A stretch of DNA of 64,000 nt from Octopus sinensis (Eukaryota). A program made the position numbers and the translations under genes. The notes under the pieces were generated by a model. That model made no database searches and had not been told where the DNA came from. It saw nothing but the letters and a program-made list of their open reading frames with translations. Location of the stretch: the NCBI RefSeq assembly GCF_006345805.1, contig NW_021833748.1, forward strand, positions 27,607-91,606. Direction: 5' to 3'. This document shows, one piece after another, positions 40,431-52,356 of this stretch (position 1 is its first letter; every line of letters starts with the position of its first letter).

Positions 40431-41145
40431 TGCCCGCGACTGCTATGATATGGTGTTTCAACTCCTCGATTACTGTCCCAAATCCTTTCTCTTTGATTAA
40501 GTTTCTTTTCTGAAAGGAAGATTTGCATCTTGTGTTTCCTAACTCGTTCAATTTACAGTCTTCTGTTCTACTCAGATCGTGTCTTAAAGGCTTCACTTTA
40601 TTTTGTAGTCTTCTTTTCGACTTTTGATCCTTTTTAATCATTCCTTGTCAGATATCTAATCTTCTGGTGACTACTGCCCCTCCTGCATCTGCATATATCA
40701 GTAAATTAGTGTCTCTTATATTTTTAGTATCTATCCTACTGACAACAGAATCTACTTTCCTAGTCATTTCTAGCAGCTTCCTTCTGTTGGTGCCTTTTAA
40801 TACTGGCAATCTTTTTTCTTACTCTTTTACTCACTACTTCCTGCAACTCATCTAAAACCTTCTGATGTAGTATAAACGAAGAAGGGGGGAAGAAAGTATA
40901 ACACAATGCACTACTATTACCCATACACAAGGCTCAATGATCTATATCAAAGGCTCGCAGTGAACTGCTGCCAACACGAACTGTCACCCGCTCACAGTTC
41001 TTTAATTTATAACAATGAGTCGGTCCACCTTTATTCAATTGTGGGGTGGTCGGAATCCTTCCACAACAAAAAGTAAAAGAGTAAGTGTACTCACTGAACA
41101 GTAACAACAACCGACTGTCAGAAAGTAAATTTAAGATGATCCGCT

Positions 41146-41292
41146 GATCCGGGATATTAACGAATTAAAAGTGAATATGTTGCAAAAAAAAAAAAAAGAC
41201 CCGAGAAATTAACGAACTAAACTCGAATATCTAACAAAAAAAAAAAAAAGAGATCCGGCAGATTAACGAACTAAAGGCGAATATCTTACAAT
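41146..41292. repeat. Three copies of an about 53-bp unit separated by poly(A)
   Basis: gaYccg..attaacgaaYtaaa..gaatat at about 41146, 41198 and 41252. Confidence 0.8.
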
Positions 41293-41589
41293 AAACGGAA
41301 ACGAAATGGGATGAGATAGAGCGAAACATGCATAAAAGGATTACAGTATAAAAGAAGCAATATAAAAGTATAAAAGAAGTGAAGAACTTAAATCACTAAA
41401 GTCGCTGGTGCCAGTTGTCTCTTCCTTATTGGTAGCGCTATTATCATTATTTTTTCCTTTAGGTTCTTCTATGGTTCGAGCTGTATCTCTTATGTTGGTG
41501 TTTGCCTTTCCCACTTCCTGGTCTTTCTTTTCCAGTTCTCTTGTGATTTCTTCTACCGCCAATTCTGCCATCCACTTTCTTCTAATACC

Positions 41590-42220
41590 TATTTCTTTAC
41601 TACCCACAAGGGGTTAAACACAGAGAGGACAAACAAGGACAGACATAGGTATTAAGTCGATTACATCGACCCCAGTGCGTAACTGGTACTTAATTTATCG
41701 ACCCCAGTGCGTAACTGGTACTTAATTTATCGACTCCGAAAGGATGAAAGGCAAAGTCAACCTCGGCGGAATTTGAACTCAGAACATAAAGACAGACGAA
41801 ATACCTATTTCTTTATTACCCACAAGGGGCTAAACACAGACGGGACAAACAAGGACAGACATAGGTATTAAGTCGATTACATCGACCCCAGTGCGTAACT
41901 GGTACTTAATTTATCGACCCCGAAAGGATGAAAGGCAAAGTCGACCTCGGCGGAATTTGAACTCAGAACATAAAGACAGACGAAATACCTATTTCTTTAT
42001 TACCCACAAGGGGATAAACACAGAGGGGACAAACAAGGACACACATAGGTATTAAGTCGATTACATCGACCCCAGTGCGTAACTGGTACTTAATTTATCG
42101 ACCCCGAAAAGATGAAAGGCAAAGTCAACCTCGGCGGAATTTGAACTCACAACGTAACGGCAGACGAAATACCACTAAGCATTTCGCCCGGCGTGCTAAC
42201 GTTTCTGCCAGCTCGCCGCC
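41590..42220 (-). mobile_element. SINE-B head-(body)x3 array, single 14-bp TSD
   Basis: TSD tttcttctaatacc at 41576-41589 and 42221-42234; same junction gacgaaatac|ctatttc as the 18887 array. Confidence 0.93.
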
Positions 42221-42421
42221 TTTCTTCTAATACCATTAGCTTGATCTACTAATCTCTGCTCAGTCACTTCAAACTTACCCTTCTCTACCCAAAGTGTTGA
42301 CACCCGTTTTCCATAGCCCCTTCTTTTAGGTTCACTATCACTACCCTGTTTTCTTCGCTGGTTCGCTTCTTCCTCATAGATCTATTATCAGTTGATACTG
42401 TATTAGTATAACAGCTGTGAT

Positions 42422-43099
42422 GGAGGCGCAATGGCCCAGTGGTTAGGGCAGCGGACTCGCGGTCGTAGGATTGCGGTTTCGATTCCCAGACCGGGCGTTG
42501 TGAGTGTTTATTGAGCGAAAACACCTAAATCTCCACGAGGCTCCGGCAGGGGATGGTGGTGATCCCTGCTGTACACTTTCACCACAACTTCTCTCACTCT
42601 TACTTCTGTTCTGTTGTACCTGTATTTCAAAGGGCTAGCCTTGTCACTCTCTGTGTCACGCTGAATATCCCCGAGAACTACGTTAAGGGTACACGTGTCT
42701 GTGGAGTGCTCAGCCACTTACACGTTAATTTCACGAGCAGGCTGTTCCGTTGATTCGGATCAACCGGAACCCTCGTCGTCGTAACCGACAGAGTGCTTCC
42801 ATGTTGAACGAAAACACCTAAAGCTCCATGAGGCTCCGGCAGGGATGGTGGTGATCCCTGCTGTAATCTTTTACCACAACTTTCTCTCACTCTTACTTCC
42901 TGTTTCTGTTGTACCTGTATTTCAAAGGGCCGGCCTTGTCACTCTCTGTGTCACGCTGAATATCCCCGAGAACTACGTTAAGGGTACACGTGTCTGTGGT
43001 GTGCTCAGCCACTTACACGTTAATTTCACGAGCCGGCTGTTCCGTTGATTCGGATCAACCGGAACCCTCGTCGTCGTAACCGACGGACTGCTTCCATCC
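42422..43099 (+). mobile_element. SINE-C head-(body)x2, 10-bp TSD
   Basis: TSD aacagctgtg at 42410-42419 and 43100-43109; junction cttccat|gttgaacgaaaacacc near 42802. Confidence 0.9.
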
Positions 43100-43189
43100 A
43101 ACAGCTGTGGTCAGTCTGCATCATTACTGAATCACTGCCGAGCGAGAGACCTTCCCTTCCAGGTGCATCTTCATTTTCCCTGTTACAAC

Positions 43190-43522
43190 GAGATTTTCTT
43201 CGGAAACTCCTGTCTTTCATAAACTGATGGTTCGAGGAGCACAACTATTCAACTCCATTCCGGTACATGTCAGAAATCTATCAGGATGCAGTGTGGAATC
43301 ATTCAAATTGCAGCTGGATAGATACTTAAGCACCATTAGAGATGAACCCCATCTCCCAGGATATACACAACGAGCACAAACTGACTCAAACTCGCTCCTA
43401 CACATGTCAAAATTAAACAGAGAATACAACCTGGTAACCACACCAGACTCTGAGGGTGGAGTCTTCGACTTGGCCTGAGCATGGACTCAAACTCAATTGA
43501 AATGAAATGAAATGAAATGATT
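43190..43522 (+). mobile_element. CR1/L2-group LINE 3' end
   Basis: VRGAQLFNSIPVHVRNLSGCSVESFKLQLDRYLSTIRDEPHLPGY...SNSL, homologous to the 14961 LINE; (TGAAA)n tail. Confidence 0.82.
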
Positions 43523-43744
43523 TAAGGTCACGTTCGTCACCAACGTCTTCACCACTATTATTTTTCGACATCTGAAAGCTTCAAGTAACTTCCTATTACA
43601 TAATTTGTTGCACCTTTGTGCTGATGGGGTGAAGTGTACTGTATTTTATTTTTGATGGGGTGGGGGATATTGTATTGTATTATTTGTTATGGCGTTTGTT
43701 TTGAGTCTTCTGTTGTATTAGTTTTGTATTGCCTGTTGCTCAGA

Positions 43745-44838
43745 AACCTGGACGTTATCAAAGAAGCTTGAGAGGCGGTTGGATGGAACCTACACTCGCC
43801 TCCTTATGAGAGCTCAAAATCTCTCGTGGAAGCGCCATCCAACCAAAATGCAAATATATGGGAAAATACCACCTGTCTCATCTCTTGTGAAAGGTAGAAG
43901 AGTCCATTTGCTGGACATTGTTGTAGAGCTGAAAAAGAAAGTAATTTCTACTTCTCCCCTGGAAGCCATCTACTCGCGATACCAGAGGGCGCACACTCTT
44001 CGAGAGGCAGTTGGATGGAAACCTACACTCACCTCCTTATGAGAGCTCAAAATCTCTCGTGGAGGCGCCATCCAACCAAAATGCAAATATTATATGGGAA
44101 ACTACCACCTGTGTCATCTCTTGTGAAGGTAGAGAGTCCAGTTTGCTGGCATTGTTGTAGAGCTGAAAAAGAAGTAGTATAATTCTACTCTTCTCCTCTG
44201 GAAGCCATCTACTCGCATACCAGAGGGCGCACACTCTTCGAGAGGCAGTCGGATGGAACCTACACTCGCCTACTTATGGAGCGCAAATCTCTCGTGGAAG
44301 CGCCATCCAACCAAAATGCAAAATATGGGAAACTACCACCTGTGTCATCTCTTGTGAAGGTAGGAGAGTCCAGTTTGCTGGACGTTGTTGTAGAGCTGAA
44401 ACGAGGTATGGTAATTTCTACTCTTCTTCTCTGGAAGCCATCTACTCGCAATACCAGAGGCGCACACTCTTCGAGAGGCAGTTGGATGGAACCTACACTC
44501 GCCTCCTTATGAGAGCTCAAAATCTCTCGGGAAGGCGCCATCCAACAAAATGCAAATATATGGGAAACTACCACCTGTGTCATCTCTTGTGAAAGGTAGG
44601 AGAGTCCAGTTTGCTGGACATTGTTGTAGAGCTGAAAAAGAAGTAATTTCTACTCTTCTCCCTGGAAGCCATCTACTCGCAATACCAGAGGGCGCACACT
44701 CTCCTACCCTGATGTAATCTCCAGGGATACAGGCATCCAGCAACAGGACCTCCGTAATGCCATGATGGACCGTGAAGTCTGGCGTAGCATGGTAAATTCC
44801 ATTGTCTCGACCACGGTAACAATGATGATGATGATGAT
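43745..44838 (+). mobile_element. RTE/RTE-X-like LINE 3' end with an internal about 236-bp segment in four tandem copies
   Basis: ETWTLSKKLERRLDGTYTRLLMRAQNLSWKRHPT...AMMDREVWRSMV; units at about 43769, 44002, 44239, 44473; (GAT)n tail; many indels. Confidence 0.85.
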
Positions 44839-45028
44839 TGCCTGTTGTGTGTGCAGCGCCAGTTGTGTTCTTCTGTCGGGTATCGACCTTCTATGGCACA
44901 TGTTGTGGCCTTTCTTCATTCTGTTGGGTATTTACGGTATGAGTTTATTTCTATGTTTTTGGACGAGTGTTGCACAGTAGTATGTGTAAATCATAAATCA
45001 AATATTTCGTAGTATTTATGGTTATCTA

Positions 45029-45522
45029 GGCGGAGGAGTGGCTGTGTGGTAAGTAGCTTGCTTACCAACCACATGGTTCCGGGTTCAGTCTCACTGCGTG
45101 GGACCTTGGGCAATGTCTTCTATAGCCTCGGGTCGACCCAAAGACGTGTGAGTGGATTTGGTAGACGAAACTGAAAGAAGCCTGTCTGTATATATATATG
45201 TATGATATATATAAATATATATTATATATATATATATATATAATATATATATATATAAATATATATATATTCAACAACAATTGAGGAATGGCCTCAATAG
45301 GCCATTCGACCCACTAAGAAAGAGCAGCCAGGACTCAAACCGCCAATAGTAGTAATTCAGAAATTAAAGGAAAATTTAAAAACGTTACCCTAATTCATCT
45401 TAGACAATGCATTGTTTCGGTGTTTTTAATGGCAACAGTTTAATTAAATAAATTAAACTAAGTCAATCCACCAAAGGCTACACCTCATCGGTAAAGAAGC
45501 CAGGAGACAGACAGATATTTTA

Positions 45523-45573
<51 letters not shown>

Positions 45574-45585
45574 AATATATATATT

Positions 45586-45617
<32 letters not shown>

Positions 45618-45790
45618 ATATGTATGTATGTGTGTATGTTTGTGGGCCTGTGTTTCACCCCCCAACATCGCTTGACAACCGATATGTACTAGGCTTCCAA
45701 ATAATAAGTCCTGGAGTCGATTCGCTCGACTAAAGGCGGTGCTCCAGCATGGCCACAGTCAAATGACTGAAACAAATAAAAGTAAAAGTA
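45029..45790 (+). mobile_element. SINE-A split by an insertion in its internal (TA)n
   Basis: Head 45029-45190, remainder about 45615-45790, with a TA-flanked 250-bp insert between. Confidence 0.8.
45398..45497 (-). ncRNA. Type I hammerhead (U4C) with extended stem II, inside insert 45270-45522
   Basis: Minus: TCTTTA CCGATGA GGTGT-(56 nt with hairpin)-ACACC GAA ACAATGCATTGT C TAAGA; 12-nt perfect palindromic stem III, GUC triplet. Confidence 0.82.
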
Positions 45791-45902
45791 AGTAAAAAGT
45801 AAGTAATCTGTCCACCGTTCTTTCTCTTTCGGTTGGTTTTGTTATAGCTTCCGTTTTTACAGTGTTTACATTTTTTAACTGAAAACTGCCAATGGACATA
45901 TA

Positions 45903-46310
45903 CCCTTTTACTCTTTTACTTGTTTCAGTCATTTGACTGCGGCCATGCTGGAGCACCGCCTTTAGTCGAGCAAATCGAGCAACTCGGGACTTATTCTTTG
46001 TACGCCCAGTACTTATTCTATCAGTCTCTTTTGCCGAACCGCTAGGTTACGGGGACGCAAACACACCAGCATCGGTTGTCAATCAATGCTAGGGGGACAA
46101 ACACAGACACACAAACACACACATACATATATATACATATACATATATTAGACGGTCTTTCAGTTTCCGTCTACCAAATCCACTCACAAGGCATTGGTCA
46201 GCCGGGGCTATAGCAGAAGACACTTGCCCAAGATGCCACGCAGTGGGACTGAACCCGGAACCATGTGGTTGGTTAGCAAGCTACTTACCACACAGCCACT
46301 CTTGCGCCTA
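45903..46310 (-). mobile_element. SINE-A, full length
   Basis: Reverse complement of SINE-A. Confidence 0.9.
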
Positions 46311-46394
46311 TATTGATGTTTCTTTCGCAGTTAAAATTACCATTGATGGATCAGCGAGAAACTGAGAAGAAGCATCAATGGGCATATATACATA

Positions 46395-46560
46395 GAGGTT
46401 CCGAGTTCAAATTCCGCCGAGGTCGACTTTGCCTTTCATCCTTTCGGAGTCGATAAATTAAGTACCAGTTACACACTGGGGTCGATATAATCGACTTAAT
46501 CCATTTGTCTGTCCTTGTTTGTCCCGTCTGTGTTTAGCCCCTTGTGGGTAGTAAAGAAAT
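46395..46560 (+). mobile_element. SINE-B, 5' truncated
   Basis: gagttcaaattccgccgaggtcgac...gtagtaaagaaata. Confidence 0.88.
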
Positions 46561-46705
46561 ATATATACATAGAGGTCTTGTATAAATATGGATGTATGTA
46601 TAATTAAAATTTTTAATTTACATTTTTACGCACATGTTGCTGTGGTGGTACATCTGGAGGAAGCTATTATTTTTGTACATGTATATATGTATGTATATAT
46701 GTATG

Positions 46706-46738
<33 letters not shown>

Positions 46739-46870
46739 GTATGTGTATATGTATGTATGTATATATATATGTATATATATATGCATATATATGTGTATAT
46801 ATATATGAATATATATATATGTATATATATATGTGTATATATAATATATGTATATATTTATATATATATA

Positions 46871-46909
<39 letters not shown>

Positions 46910-46936
46910 ATATATGTATATATATATATATGTATC

Positions 46937-46967
<31 letters not shown>

Positions 46968-47033
46968 GTGTATGTATATATATATACATACATGTGTGTG
47001 TGTGTATATATGTATATATACATATATACATAC

Positions 47034-47073
<40 letters not shown>

Positions 47074-47113
47074 TCCATATAAGAAAAATCTTCAGTTTTC
47101 TGAGATGGCTTAC

Positions 47114-47196
<83 letters not shown>

Positions 47197-47221
47197 TTTT
47201 TTAAGCTGTAAAATACTTCAC

Positions 47222-47266
47222 AAATTGTTGCTCAGACATTCACGTAACCGTTCATCAGACATTTTT
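47222..47266 (-). ncRNA. Decayed hammerhead of the 8030 family
   Basis: Minus: AAAAATGT CTGATGA ACG-GTTA-CGT GAA TGTCTGAGC A ACAATTT; core intact, stem III broken; flanks align with 8005-8077. Confidence 0.62.
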
Positions 47267-47634
47267 GATCATACAAAGTAATGAAATTTTAATTTTGTGA
47301 GAATTAGAGGTTGGGAAACCAACCAAATAAGGGATAGTGCCTATCCAATCTACTGCTAGTAGTGTATCCAATTATTCCTACCCAAATGCTGGTTATTGCG
47401 TGGCAATCTCGCAATTCGGTGTCATATATGGGCAGGGATAAAATCTGGTTTACCCTTAATTTAAACGGCAAATAAGAGAATGGAGAGGATGCAAAATCAC
47501 ATACATCATTCGTTAGGCATTCTAGTCTGTCTATTCCATAGCATTAGAAAGTATTAGAAGAAAACATACACGTGTAGTAACTATATGTTACACACACATC
47601 TATTGATATTACAGAAAAGAGAAAAAGACCAGTT

Positions 47635-47757
47635 TCTTACGGCCGTTTCTGCCAAGACGCAACGAAATCCCCCATGCCATTTCCATCTCTTCAGTGTTAT
47701 GTAGGGATGGGCAGATAAGGTTTGGATGTTTAGTGTGCATCTGGGCTTCTTCAGAGA
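47635..47757 (-). ncRNA. Type I hammerhead, canonical core, about 100-nt stem II
   Basis: Minus: TCT CTGAAGA AGCCCAGATGCA-(74 nt)-TGCGTCTTGGCA GAA ACGGCCGT A AGA; 10 of 12 stem II pairs, palindromic stem III, GUA triplet; stem I only 3 bp. Confidence 0.75.
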
Positions 47758-48210
47758 GTCTAAGTGGTTAGGAGGGCTAATACATATAATAAACAGTTAA
47801 CAATAGAATAGGTCCAGTGTATTTGTCATTATTAAAAAGGGCAGAAAAAGAATAGGAGCAAATACGAGGCTGTGAGAGAAGTACAGCTTATTGAAATAAA
47901 ATTAGGTATAGGAAGGGAAAATAAGCTACAAATTTCCCGTGGTGTATTCCAGGATCCATGTTACTTCGTCCAATGGTGGAGAGGTGAGTATAGTCGTTCT
48001 TGGGAAGAGTTGTTAGGAAGGGTGAATTTAGGCAGTAGTTCGAATTATGTTTGCCTAGGAATACACATTATATTTACATAGAAATACGTTCGTGGATTTG
48101 AAGGTATGGTCCGTGTTACAGAGGTGAAAATTCATATCTAAAGCGCCAGCGAGTAGGTGCTAATTTACGGATGTTATGGCATAAGCAGCCTATGATAGTG
48201 AACCCAAGGT

Positions 48211-48592
48211 GGAGACGCAATGGCCCAGTGGTTAGGGCAGCGGATTCGCGGTCGTAGGATCGCGGTTTCGATTCTCAGACCGGGCGTTGTGAGTGTTTAT
48301 TGAGCGAAAACATCTAAAAGCTCCACGTGGCTCCGGCAGGGGATTGTGGTGATCCCTGCTGTACTCTTTCACCACAACTTTCTCTCACTCTTACTTCCTG
48401 TTTCTGTTGTACCTGTATTTCAAGGGGCCGGCCTTGTCACTCTCTGTGTCACGCTGAATATCCCCGAGAACTACGTTAAGGGTACACGTGTCTGTGGAGT
48501 GCTCAGCCACTTACACGTTAATTTCTCGAGCAGGCTGTTCCGTTGATCGGATCAACCGGAACCCTCGTCGTCGTAACCGACGGAGTGCTTCC
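48211..48592 (+). mobile_element. SINE-C, full length
   Basis: Head to tail match; TSD agtgaaccc at 48197-48205 and 48601-48609. Confidence 0.9.
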
Positions 48593-48847
48593 TTCCTAAG
48601 AGTGAACCCTTCATGGGAAAATTTTGTATATAAGTGTACCAATGAGAGTGAGGAACCAGGTTGTGACTAAAGAGCGGAGTTAGTGTTCGTCATATTTATT
48701 TGGTGACCAACATGTTTCTGAATCCAAAATACTTTCTAATACTTTGGAATAAATAGACACATTGGAATGTCCACTGGATGATGTATGCCATTTTGTAAAC
48801 TCTCCATTTTCTTATTTGCCTAAATATATATATATATATATATATAT

Positions 48848-49328
48848 AACGATGATAAATCTTAGAGCGAGTTATAAACAGTAGCGGTAACACATCGTGA
48901 CGCATATTTGCCATTTGTATATGGCTAACCCCTAAGGGTGGATGCTACTCTAGTTTGTAGCCCCAGGAAGATATCTCCTCCAGCTGGCTATAGACACACT
49001 ATCTGTGCCCTATCAGTATTTGTGAAGGGAAGTCATCCTTCCCGTCTTCAACTTATGATACACACGGACTCGAGTTTCAAGGTGAGGGGAAACTGAATTC
49101 TCGTCGACAACTATGATTGTCACACGGTGATGATAGGTAAACACCTTGAAACTCGAGTCTGTGTGCATCATAAGATGAAGACGGGAAGATGACTTCCCTT
49201 CACAAATACTGAGAGGACACAGATAGTGTGTCTATAGCCAGCTGGAGGAGGTATCTTCCTGGGGCTACAAACTACAGTAGCATCCACCCTTATGGGTTAG
49301 CCATATTCAAATGGCAAATATGCGTCAC
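48848..49328. mobile_element. Fold-back copy of the 353-nt HHR element, (TA)n on both sides
   Basis: Inverted arms 48897-49084 and 49142-49328, 49-nt tail on the left, HHR at 49121-49165 (+) with C3G. Confidence 0.92.
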
Positions 49329-49347
49329 TATATATATATATATCTAT

Positions 49348-49380
<33 letters not shown>

Positions 49381-49816
49381 CATGTATATACGCACACCCA
49401 TACTCACACACACACATACAACGCACGCCTATATATTTGCCTATATATATATATAATATATATATATTATATATAACATATACATATACATACATATATA
49501 TATATAATATATACATATATATAATATATACATATACATATTATACAATATATATATATAACATATATATACATACACACACACGTTCATATTGCAGCGG
49601 AAACGTGCGTGGGTCTTCATGAAAAACGCAGTGATTAACATTATAAAACTTGGGAGTGCAAAAGTCCGTACTGCTAATCGTTATTAAGTATCAGTATATA
49701 TATATATTTTATATAATTATCTCTATATAATTTTATAATATATATAATATATATATATATAGATGTCTGTAAGATGCATATGTATGTTATATAATATATA
49801 TATATATATATATAAT

Positions 49817-49858
<42 letters not shown>

Positions 49859-50214
49859 ATCATTTGTGGATACCAATTCAACGAATACCATTTACATCTG
49901 ATGGGTTAATTAATTTTTAAAAAGGATATTGGATGCTAGAGGATGGCTGTAGCGTAGAAATAGATATAAACAATAGTTGAATTTTGAGCAAATGCGAATG
50001 AAGGAACGTACAAAATACAAAATATGATGTGTCAAGAATAAGAACTTGCAAGAACTAAGTAGGAATATAATAGAAGTAAATCAAACAGTTTTAAAATTCT
50101 AATTAACATTGATGATTAAAAGATATTGTTGATATTATAATGAGTAAATAAATAAAGAAACACTAATAGAAAACAGGAATGGAAAGGAAGGAAAGAAATG
50201 GAACGGGGTGTTGA

Positions 50215-51612
50215 AAAGTAGAGAGAAAGTGAGAGAAATAAGGAGAGAAATAAGGAGAGAAATAAAGAGAGAAAAGTAGAGAAATAAGGAGAGAAAAGTA
50301 GAGAAATAAGGAGAGAAATAAGGAGAGAAAAGTAGAGAAATAAGGAGAGAAATAAGGAGAGAAAAGTAGAGAAATAAGGAGAGAAAAGTAGAGAAATAAG
50401 GAGAGAAAAGTAGAGAAATAAGGAGAGAAAAGTAGAGAAATAAGTAGAGAAATAAGGAGAGAAATAAGGAGAGAAAAGTAGAGAAATAAGGAGAGAAAAG
50501 TAGAGAAATAAGGAGAGAAAAGTAGAGAAATAAGGAGAGAAAAGTAGAGAAATAAAGAGAGAAAAGTAGAGAAATAAAGAGAGAAAAGTAGAGAAATAAG
50601 GAGAGAAAAGTAGAGAAATGAGGAGAGAAATAAGGAGAGAAAAGTAGAGAAATAAGGAGAGAAAAGTAGAGAAATAAGGAGAGAAAAGTAGAGAAATAAG
50701 GAGAGAAAAGTAGAGAAATAAGGAGAGAAAAGTAGAGAAATAAGGAGAGAAAATAGAGAATAAAGAAGAAAAGTAGAGAAATAGGAGAGAAAGTAGAGAA
50801 TAAGGAGAGAAAGTAGAGAATAAGGAGAGAATAGGAGAAATAAGGAGAAAAAGTAGAGAAATAAGGAGAAAAAGTAGAGATAAAGAGAGAAAAGTAGAGA
50901 ATAAAGAGAGAAAAGTAGAGAAATAAGGAGAGAAAAGTAGAGAAATAAGGAGAGAAAAGTAGAGAAATAAGGAGAGAAATAAGGAGAGAAAAGTAGAGAA
51001 ATAAAGAGAGAAAAGTAGAGAAATAAGGAGAGAAAAGTAGAGAAATAAGGAGAGAAATAAGGAGAGAAATAAGGAGAGAAAAGTAGAGAAATAAGGAGAG
51101 AAAAGTAGAGAAATAAAGAGAGAAAAGTAGAGAAATAAGGAGAGAAAAGTAGAGAAATAAGGAGAGAAAAGTAGAGAAATAAAGAGAGAAAAGTAGAGAA
51201 ATAAGGAGAGAAAAGTAGAGAAATAAGGAGATATAAGGAGAGAAATAAGGAGAGAAAAGTAGAGAAATAAGGAGAGAAAAGTAGAGAAATAAGGAGAGAA
51301 AAGTAGAGAAATAAAGAGAGAAAAGTAGAGAAATAAGGAGAGAAAAGTAGAGAAATAAGGAGAGAAAAGTAGAGAAATAAAGAGAGAAAAGTAGAGAAAT
51401 AAGGAGAGAAAAGTAGAGAAATAAGGAGAGAAAAGTAGAGAAATAAGGAGAGAAATAAGGAGAGAAAAGTAGAGAAATAAGGAGAGAAAAGTAGAGAAAT
51501 AAGGAGAGAAAAGTAGAGAAATAAGGAGAGAAAAGTAGAGAAATAAGGAGAGAAAAGTAGAGAAATAAGGAGAGAAATAAGGAGAGAAAAGTAGAGAAAT
51601 AAGGAGAGAAAT
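50215..51612. repeat. Purine-rich minisatellite of 10-mer (aaaagtagag) and 12-mer (aaataaggagag) units
   Basis: Direct inspection; source of the 504-aa FLSLFLYFSLL ORF. Confidence 0.96.
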
Positions 51613-51619
51613 AAGGAGG

Positions 51620-51836
51620 AAAATAATTATTCTTTTCTACTTTAGGCACAAAGCCAGAAATTTTGGGGAGGGGTCAGTTAATTAGCTCGACCCCAGTACG
51701 CAACTGGTACTTAACTTATGGATCCCGAAAGGATGAAAGGCGAAGTCGACCTCGGTCGGAATTTGAACTCAGAACGTAAAGACAGACGAACTATCACTAA
51801 GCATTTCGCTCGGCGTCCTAACGTTTCTGCCAGCTG
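51620..51836 (-). mobile_element. SINE-B-related variant with a different 3' tail
   Basis: SINE-B head and core, tail ...cccctccccaaaatttctggctttgtgcctaaagtagaaaag. Confidence 0.8.
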
Positions 51837-51846
51837 ACGAGGAAAA

Positions 51847-52356
51847 TCTCTATATATAAAACTGTAGTTGTGTGAGTGTCTGTCTCCTACGATTTAGATT
51901 CCTAACTACTCCCACATTTTGCGGTGCAGTTTAACCAAATTCGGGTATCTTATAGTCGTGATTCATATCGAGCCCGTCTGAGTATTAGCGCGCGTCTACG
52001 ATGAGTCTACGATTTTAAAAATAATTTAAAATCATTTTTTATTCCATTTTAATGCATAATTTTTCGTGTGTCGATGGCGGCGGAGTTGGCGTCCATGTCA
52101 CACCTGCACCTGTGTTGCCTCTCCCCCTCTTCCCTCCCTCGTGAAGCTGTGGGGAAGGGAGTGTAAGGAAATCAACGTCGTAAGCGTTGTCAAGGAGACC
52201 AGCGTTCTTTTAGAACAACGACTTCATGGCTTGAAGACAACCAAAACAGAAATGGCTAAGAAAGCCCATTGGCATCTATAAGGGAAGTAACTCTCTAAAA
52301 ATGCTTATATAGTTATTTCCTTTACAAACCCGAGCAACGCCGGGCGATACTGTTAG
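51847..52356 (+). mobile_element. Non-autonomous Helitron
   Basis: 5' A|TCTCTATATATAAAA; 3' hairpin cccg-agcaacgc-cggg then ctgTTAG|T; no TSD. Confidence 0.78.

Larger units (their letters stand above)
39950..42420 (-). mobile_element. R4/Dong LINE N-terminal ORF relic, interrupted by SINEs and other sequence
   Basis: EVTEQRLVDQANGIRRKW (across the SINE-B array), RIDTKNIRDTNLLIYA, KRRLQNKVKPLRHDLSR...KEKGFGTVIEELK...VAGKLSRYQKRIDQYQQNRLFERDQRRFY: motifs I recognise from R4/Dong ORFs. Confidence 0.78.

Noticed and set aside
47940-47995. Possible 31-nt micro-exon (ttccag|GATCC...GAGAG|gtgagt) on the plus strand
   Set aside because: Weak pyrimidine tract, no partner exons found, and it lies in a probable mobile-element remnant
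48690-49700. GAAACATGTT (48712-48722, minus) and GAAACGTGCGT (about 49601, plus) in TA-flanked islands
   Set aside because: Only the 3' half-core is visible; no CUGANGA or stems found
50135-51649. 504-aa hydrophobic ORF
   Set aside because: Translation of the pyrimidine strand of the minisatellite
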